Origin: an uncultured Erysipelotrichaceae bacterium
GTDB taxonomy: Bacteria; Bacillota_I; Bacilli_A; Erysipelotrichales; Erysipelotrichaceae
DNA length: 32,000 nt
Reading direction: 5' to 3'
Assembly: GCA_964401865.1 (NCBI GenBank)
Contig: CAYNZZ010000008.1
Span: forward strand, 33,205 to 65,204
The translations under genes and the position numbers were made by a program. Of the stretch, positions 28,678 to 32,000 are shown in pieces. The notes under the pieces were generated by a model. The model saw only the letters and a program-made list of their open reading frames with translations. It did no database searches and had not been told where the DNA came from. Positions within the stretch are counted from its first letter, which is position 1, and each line of letters begins with the position of its first letter.

Positions 28678-29409
28678 TTAGTACCTAATTTTCTTAAGAT
28701 ATAAGCCATTTGGATCGATGTTAAAACGACGATTTGATTTGTTTGGATTGGCAATCATATTCTTAATATCATCAATGGTTTTCTTGTGTCTGGCTAAGTC
28801 GATAATTGTTCCAATAATCATTCTGACCATGTGTCTTAAAAAGCCATTGCCTTCAATTGTGAATATCAATAAGTCATCTTTTATCTCATAATCAAAACGA
28901 TATATTTTACGTTTTTGATCGGGATATAAATCATATGGCGATGTATTAAATGAGCCGAAGTCATGTTCACCAATAAATAATCCCAAAGCCTCATCAATCA
29001 ATGAATAATCAAGGGTGAAAGGACAATAATAAGCTAAGCCCTTATAAAAGACATTGTATTCGCCGATATTAATGTGATATTCATATGTTTTAGACTTAAC
29101 GCTAAAACGAGAATGAAATTCTTCATCTACCATTTCTACATTTGAAACATGAATATCTTTAGGTAGCAAACCGTTTAAAGAGCCCTTCAATCTAAATACA
29201 TTTATTTCTTTATCACTGTCAAAATGAAACACTTGCTCATAGGCGTGTACACCACTATCGGTTCTTGATGCCATATATATTTTAATCTCTTGCCCAAAGA
29301 TGACTTTTAGTTTATCTTCAAAAACTTCTTGAACAGCCAAGCCATTCTTCTGTTTTTGAAAACCGACATAATTTAAACCATTATAAGCACAGGTAACTTT
29401 ATATCTCAT
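28678..29409 (-). CDS. truA: tRNA pseudouridine(38-40) synthase TruA
   Basis: 243 aa, MRYKVTCAYNGLNYVGFQKQ...ASRTDSGVHA (catalytic Asp motif). ATGA overlap with the ecfT stop. Confidence 0.95.
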   Translation of the reverse strand: MRYKVTCAYNGLNYVGFQKQKNGLAVQEVFEDKLKVIFGQEIKIYMASRTDSGVHAYEQVFHFDSDKEINVFRLKGSLNGLLPKDIHVSNVEMVDEEFHSRFSVKSKTYEYHINIGEYNVFYKGLAYYCPFTLDYSLIDEALGLFIGEHDFGSFNTSPYDLYPDQKRKIYRFDYEIKDDLLIFTIEGNGFLRHMVRMIIGTIIDLARHKKTIDDIKNMIANPNKSNRRFNIDPNGLYLKKIRY

Positions 29410-30206
29410 AAGGCAATACTCATAACTATCATTGACACTAACAAAGTAAACGAAAGAGCAATGAGAATAAAATCGCCTTTTTGATATTTTAATATTTTAT
29501 ATCTCGTTCTTTCTTTTCCCGGTATATACCCTCTTGCCTCCATTGCGTTAGCTAATTCATCAGCTCTTTGAAAAGCAACTGAGAATAAAGGGACAATGAG
29601 TGAAAGAATAGCTTTTATCTTTTCTTTAATCTTTCCTTCTTCAAAATCGACACCACGGGATTTTTGAGAATTCATAATGCGCATCGTTTCTTCAATAATT
29701 AAAGGAATGAAGCGTAGTGCAATTGAAATCATCATCGCAATCTCGTGAGATGGGACCTTAAATCTTTTAAGTGGCATTAAAATGTATTCAATACCTAATG
29801 TCAAATCCAAAGGTTTAGTTGTCGCAGTCAAAGCAGTAGTAACCATAATCATCAATAACAGACGAACTATTATATATAAGGTATCAATTAAAGCTTTCGA
29901 GTAGATTTGAATAAAACCAAATTCCAATAACAATGTTCCTTCTTTAACACTTAGTATATTTATAATAAGCAAGAATATCATCATAAAAGTCATTGGTTTA
30001 AAGGCTTTAATGATAAATTTCATTCTTAGTTTGGCCATGAATAAAACTAAAAGTATAAATATCGCCAAAATACCATAGCCCATAAAACCACTAGGAATAA
30101 ATATGGCGATTAAGATGATGAGCATGGCAATGATCTTGGCACGAGGATCTAAGCGATGAATAGGTGTATCAAGAGGAATATATTTTCCAAAGACTAGATT
30201 ATTCAT
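29406..30206 (-). CDS. ecfT: ECF transporter transmembrane (T) component
   Basis: 266 aa, polytopic. Coupling-helix motifs ALRFIPLIIEE...SQKSRG and AMEARGY. ATGA overlap with ecfA2. Confidence 0.92.
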   Translation of the reverse strand: MNNLVFGKYIPLDTPIHRLDPRAKIIAMLIILIAIFIPSGFMGYGILAIFILLVLFMAKLRMKFIIKAFKPMTFMMIFLLIINILSVKEGTLLLEFGFIQIYSKALIDTLYIIVRLLLMIMVTTALTATTKPLDLTLGIEYILMPLKRFKVPSHEIAMMISIALRFIPLIIEETMRIMNSQKSRGVDFEEGKIKEKIKAILSLIVPLFSVAFQRADELANAMEARGYIPGKERTRYKILKYQKGDFILIALSFTLLVSMIVMSIAL

Positions 30207-31051
30207 TTCTTCACCATCCTCGATACTTCACTTATTACATCTTTGATATTGCTGGTCTTAATTTCAAAACCACAATCTCTCAGCTCTTTAATAAAAGCGA
30301 TATCCATCGGCAACAACAAATCCAGTTCTTTAACATTTTCTTCACTTTCAAAGAATTCCTTACTAGAACCATGATAAATTACTTTACCGCCATCCATAAA
30401 CACTACATCATCACAATCATGGTAAACAATCTCATTATCATGAGTAACAATAATAATGGTTTTATTCATTTTCTTGTTTAAAGTTTTAAACAGATTCATC
30501 ATTTCTTTAGCGCCCTTTGGATCTAAACCGGCTGTCGGTTCATCCAAAACGATAATCTCCGGATTCATTGCCAAAATACCGGCAATGGCCACTCTTCTTT
30601 TTTGACCGCCCGATAATTCTAAAGGACTTCTGTCATAATAGCTTTCATCTAAGCCCACTAAAGCTAAAACTTTTTTAGCTTTTGATGTAGCGCTTTGTTC
30701 ATCATCGCCAAAGTTTTTAGGCCCAAAAGAAACATCTTTTAAAATAGTTTCTTCAAATAACTGATATTCACTAAATTGAAAGACAAGTCCAACCTTTGAT
30801 CTCAGAGCTTTTAAACCCTTATTTTTTTCATTGGCAACAATTTTATGATCCAATATTTCAATGTAACCGTCACTTGGTAACAGCAGAGCATTTAAGTGTT
30901 GAACAAGAGTCGATTTGCCACTTCCAGTTTTGCCAATAATAGCGGTCATCTTGTGCATGGCAATGTCTAAATCAATATGATCTAAAGCTTTAAAAGCATA
31001 TGGCATATCTGGCGAATATACATAGCTTAGTTCTTTGAATACAATTGCCAT
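30203..31051 (-). CDS. ecfA2: ECF transporter ATPase EcfA2
   Basis: 282 aa. Walker A GKTGSGKST, signature LSGGQKRRVAIAGILA, Walker B IIVLDEPTAGLD. Confidence 0.93.
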   Translation of the reverse strand: MAIVFKELSYVYSPDMPYAFKALDHIDLDIAMHKMTAIIGKTGSGKSTLVQHLNALLLPSDGYIEILDHKIVANEKNKGLKALRSKVGLVFQFSEYQLFEETILKDVSFGPKNFGDDEQSATSKAKKVLALVGLDESYYDRSPLELSGGQKRRVAIAGILAMNPEIIVLDEPTAGLDPKGAKEMMNLFKTLNKKMNKTIIIVTHDNEIVYHDCDDVVFMDGGKVIYHGSSKEFFESEENVKELDLLLPMDIAFIKELRDCGFEIKTSNIKDVISEVSRMVKK

Positions 31052-31851
31052 AATTCTTCTGCCACCTCTTTTAAACTGTCACCTTTTAATGTAACGCCCT
31101 TTTCTTTGAACATTTTTTTAATCTCATAGACATATGGAATATCCAAACCTATTTCTTTTAGTTTATTGGCTTGTTTAAACAATTCTTTCGCTTTATCAAT
31201 CGCAAAAATTTTTCCATTATTCATTACTATACAATTATCAGCATATAAAGTTTCTTCAATGTCATGTGTAATAGAAATGATAGTCAAATCTCTATCTTCA
31301 TGTAGTTCATGAATGAGTTCTTTAATTTCTTTTCTGCCCTTAGGATCAAGCATCGATGTCGCTTCGTCTAGTATCAATATCTCTGGTTTCATCGCCAATA
31401 CTCCAGCGATAGCCACTCTTTGCTTCTGCCCACCTGATAAAGTCCCTGGTTCTTTGTCTAAAAATTCTAACATGTTCACTTTTTTGGCATAAGCATTAAT
31501 TATCTCATCCATATCTTCACTTAAAACCTGATGATTCTCTAAGCCAAATGCGATATCATCTCTGACTGTTGAACCAATGAATTGATTATCTGGATTTTGA
31601 AAAACAATTCCTAATTTTTCTCTCAGTTTCTCTAAGCTATTTTCTTCAATTGTTATGCCGTCAACTATAATACTTCCGCTTTTAATCGGCAAAAGTCCGG
31701 CTATCAGTTTGGCTAGAGTGCTTTTACCAGAACCATTATGACCGATTATGGTTGTATAGCTTCCCTTTTCAATATCAAAGCTGACATTGTTAACAACCAA
31801 TTTATCTTCTTCATATGCAAAGCATAAATCTTTCACTTCTATAATTTTCAT
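31027..31851 (-). CDS. ecfA1: ECF transporter ATPase EcfA1
   Basis: Preferred start is MKIIEVKDLCFAYEE (ATG at 31851); the track start at 31878 is a TTG. Walker A GHNGSGKST, signature LSGGQKQRVAIAGVLA, Walker B ILILDEATSMLD. Confidence 0.92.
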   Translation of the reverse strand: MKIIEVKDLCFAYEEDKLVVNNVSFDIEKGSYTTIIGHNGSGKSTLAKLIAGLLPIKSGSIIVDGITIEENSLEKLREKLGIVFQNPDNQFIGSTVRDDIAFGLENHQVLSEDMDEIINAYAKKVNMLEFLDKEPGTLSGGQKQRVAIAGVLAMKPEILILDEATSMLDPKGRKEIKELIHELHEDRDLTIISITHDIEETLYADNCIVMNNGKIFAIDKAKELFKQANKLKEIGLDIPYVYEIKKMFKEKGVTLKGDSLKEVAEELWQLYSKN

Positions 31852-32000
31852 AGCTTTTATTATACTCAAAATACACAATAAATAAAAGAAAGCTATCTAT
31901 TCCTGCCCACATTAAATGTCGTAATAAATTTTACTTTATGTTATGACAGGGTAGCAAAATCACTAACATGCAAAGCTTATTCATTACTAAATTCCAATTT

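Noticed and set aside
1-32000. A novel defence or mobile system, CRISPR array, prophage, or tRNA/rRNA genes anywhere in the window
   Set aside because: Every gap longer than about 60 nt was read on both strands. All sizeable ORFs are accounted for by housekeeping genes. There are no direct-repeat arrays, integrase, transposase or recombinase-like ORFs, and no tRNA-like cloverleaf candidates. The only unknowns are single genes embedded in core operons.
1-32000. Mycoplasma/Spiroplasma genetic code (TGA = Trp), suggested by low GC and the missing L30
   Set aside because: uvrB and ftsX terminate at TGA at exactly the expected protein lengths. All conserved genes are full-length under the standard code.
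31852-32000. A small ORF or regulatory RNA upstream of ecfA1; a TATAAT box 7 nt before the ATG suggests a leaderless transcript
   Set aside because: Only a 17-codon ORF with no SD is present, and I found no convincing hairpins. In DNA this AT-rich a lone TATAAT is expected by chance. The region is also truncated by the window edge, so no claim is made.

Overview
This is a low-GC (roughly one-third G+C by eye) Firmicutes-type core chromosome segment. I count 49 protein genes, and 48 of them are on the minus strand, tightly packed and often translationally coupled. Reading in the direction of transcription (high to low coordinates), the order is as follows. (1) ecfA1-ecfA2-ecfT-truA. (2) A strong promoter and a structured leader, followed by the complete S10-spc-alpha ribosomal cluster: rpsJ through rplQ, including secY, adk, map, infA, rpmJ and rpoA. 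(3) An ABC-2 exporter pair. (4) darA, the only plus-strand gene, divergent from a YitT-family gene. (5) ftsE-ftsX, a coiled-coil M23 peptidase and an S41 Ctp protease. (6) uvrB, an unknown membrane protein, a NUDIX hydrolase, queT, a small Phd-like ORF, tmk, holB and the start of ricT. TGA is used as a stop codon (uvrB, ftsX), so the standard bacterial code applies. The combination of missing L30, peptidoglycan-remodelling genes and low GC suggests an Erysipelotrichia- or Acholeplasma-like lineage; this is inference only. I saw no tRNA or rRNA genes, CRISPR arrays, transposases, integrases, phage genes or recognisable defence modules. I do not think this window holds a novel multi-gene system. 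The items worth a second look are modest: a GC-rich leader RNA upstream of rpsJ, an uncharacterised membrane protein translationally coupled to uvrB with a His...Asn-Cys motif pair, a relocated darA, an FtsEX-coupled cysteine-rich M23 hydrolase, an orphan antitoxin-like ORF, and a few operon-architecture oddities. All homology statements come from my own motif recognition, not from database searches.
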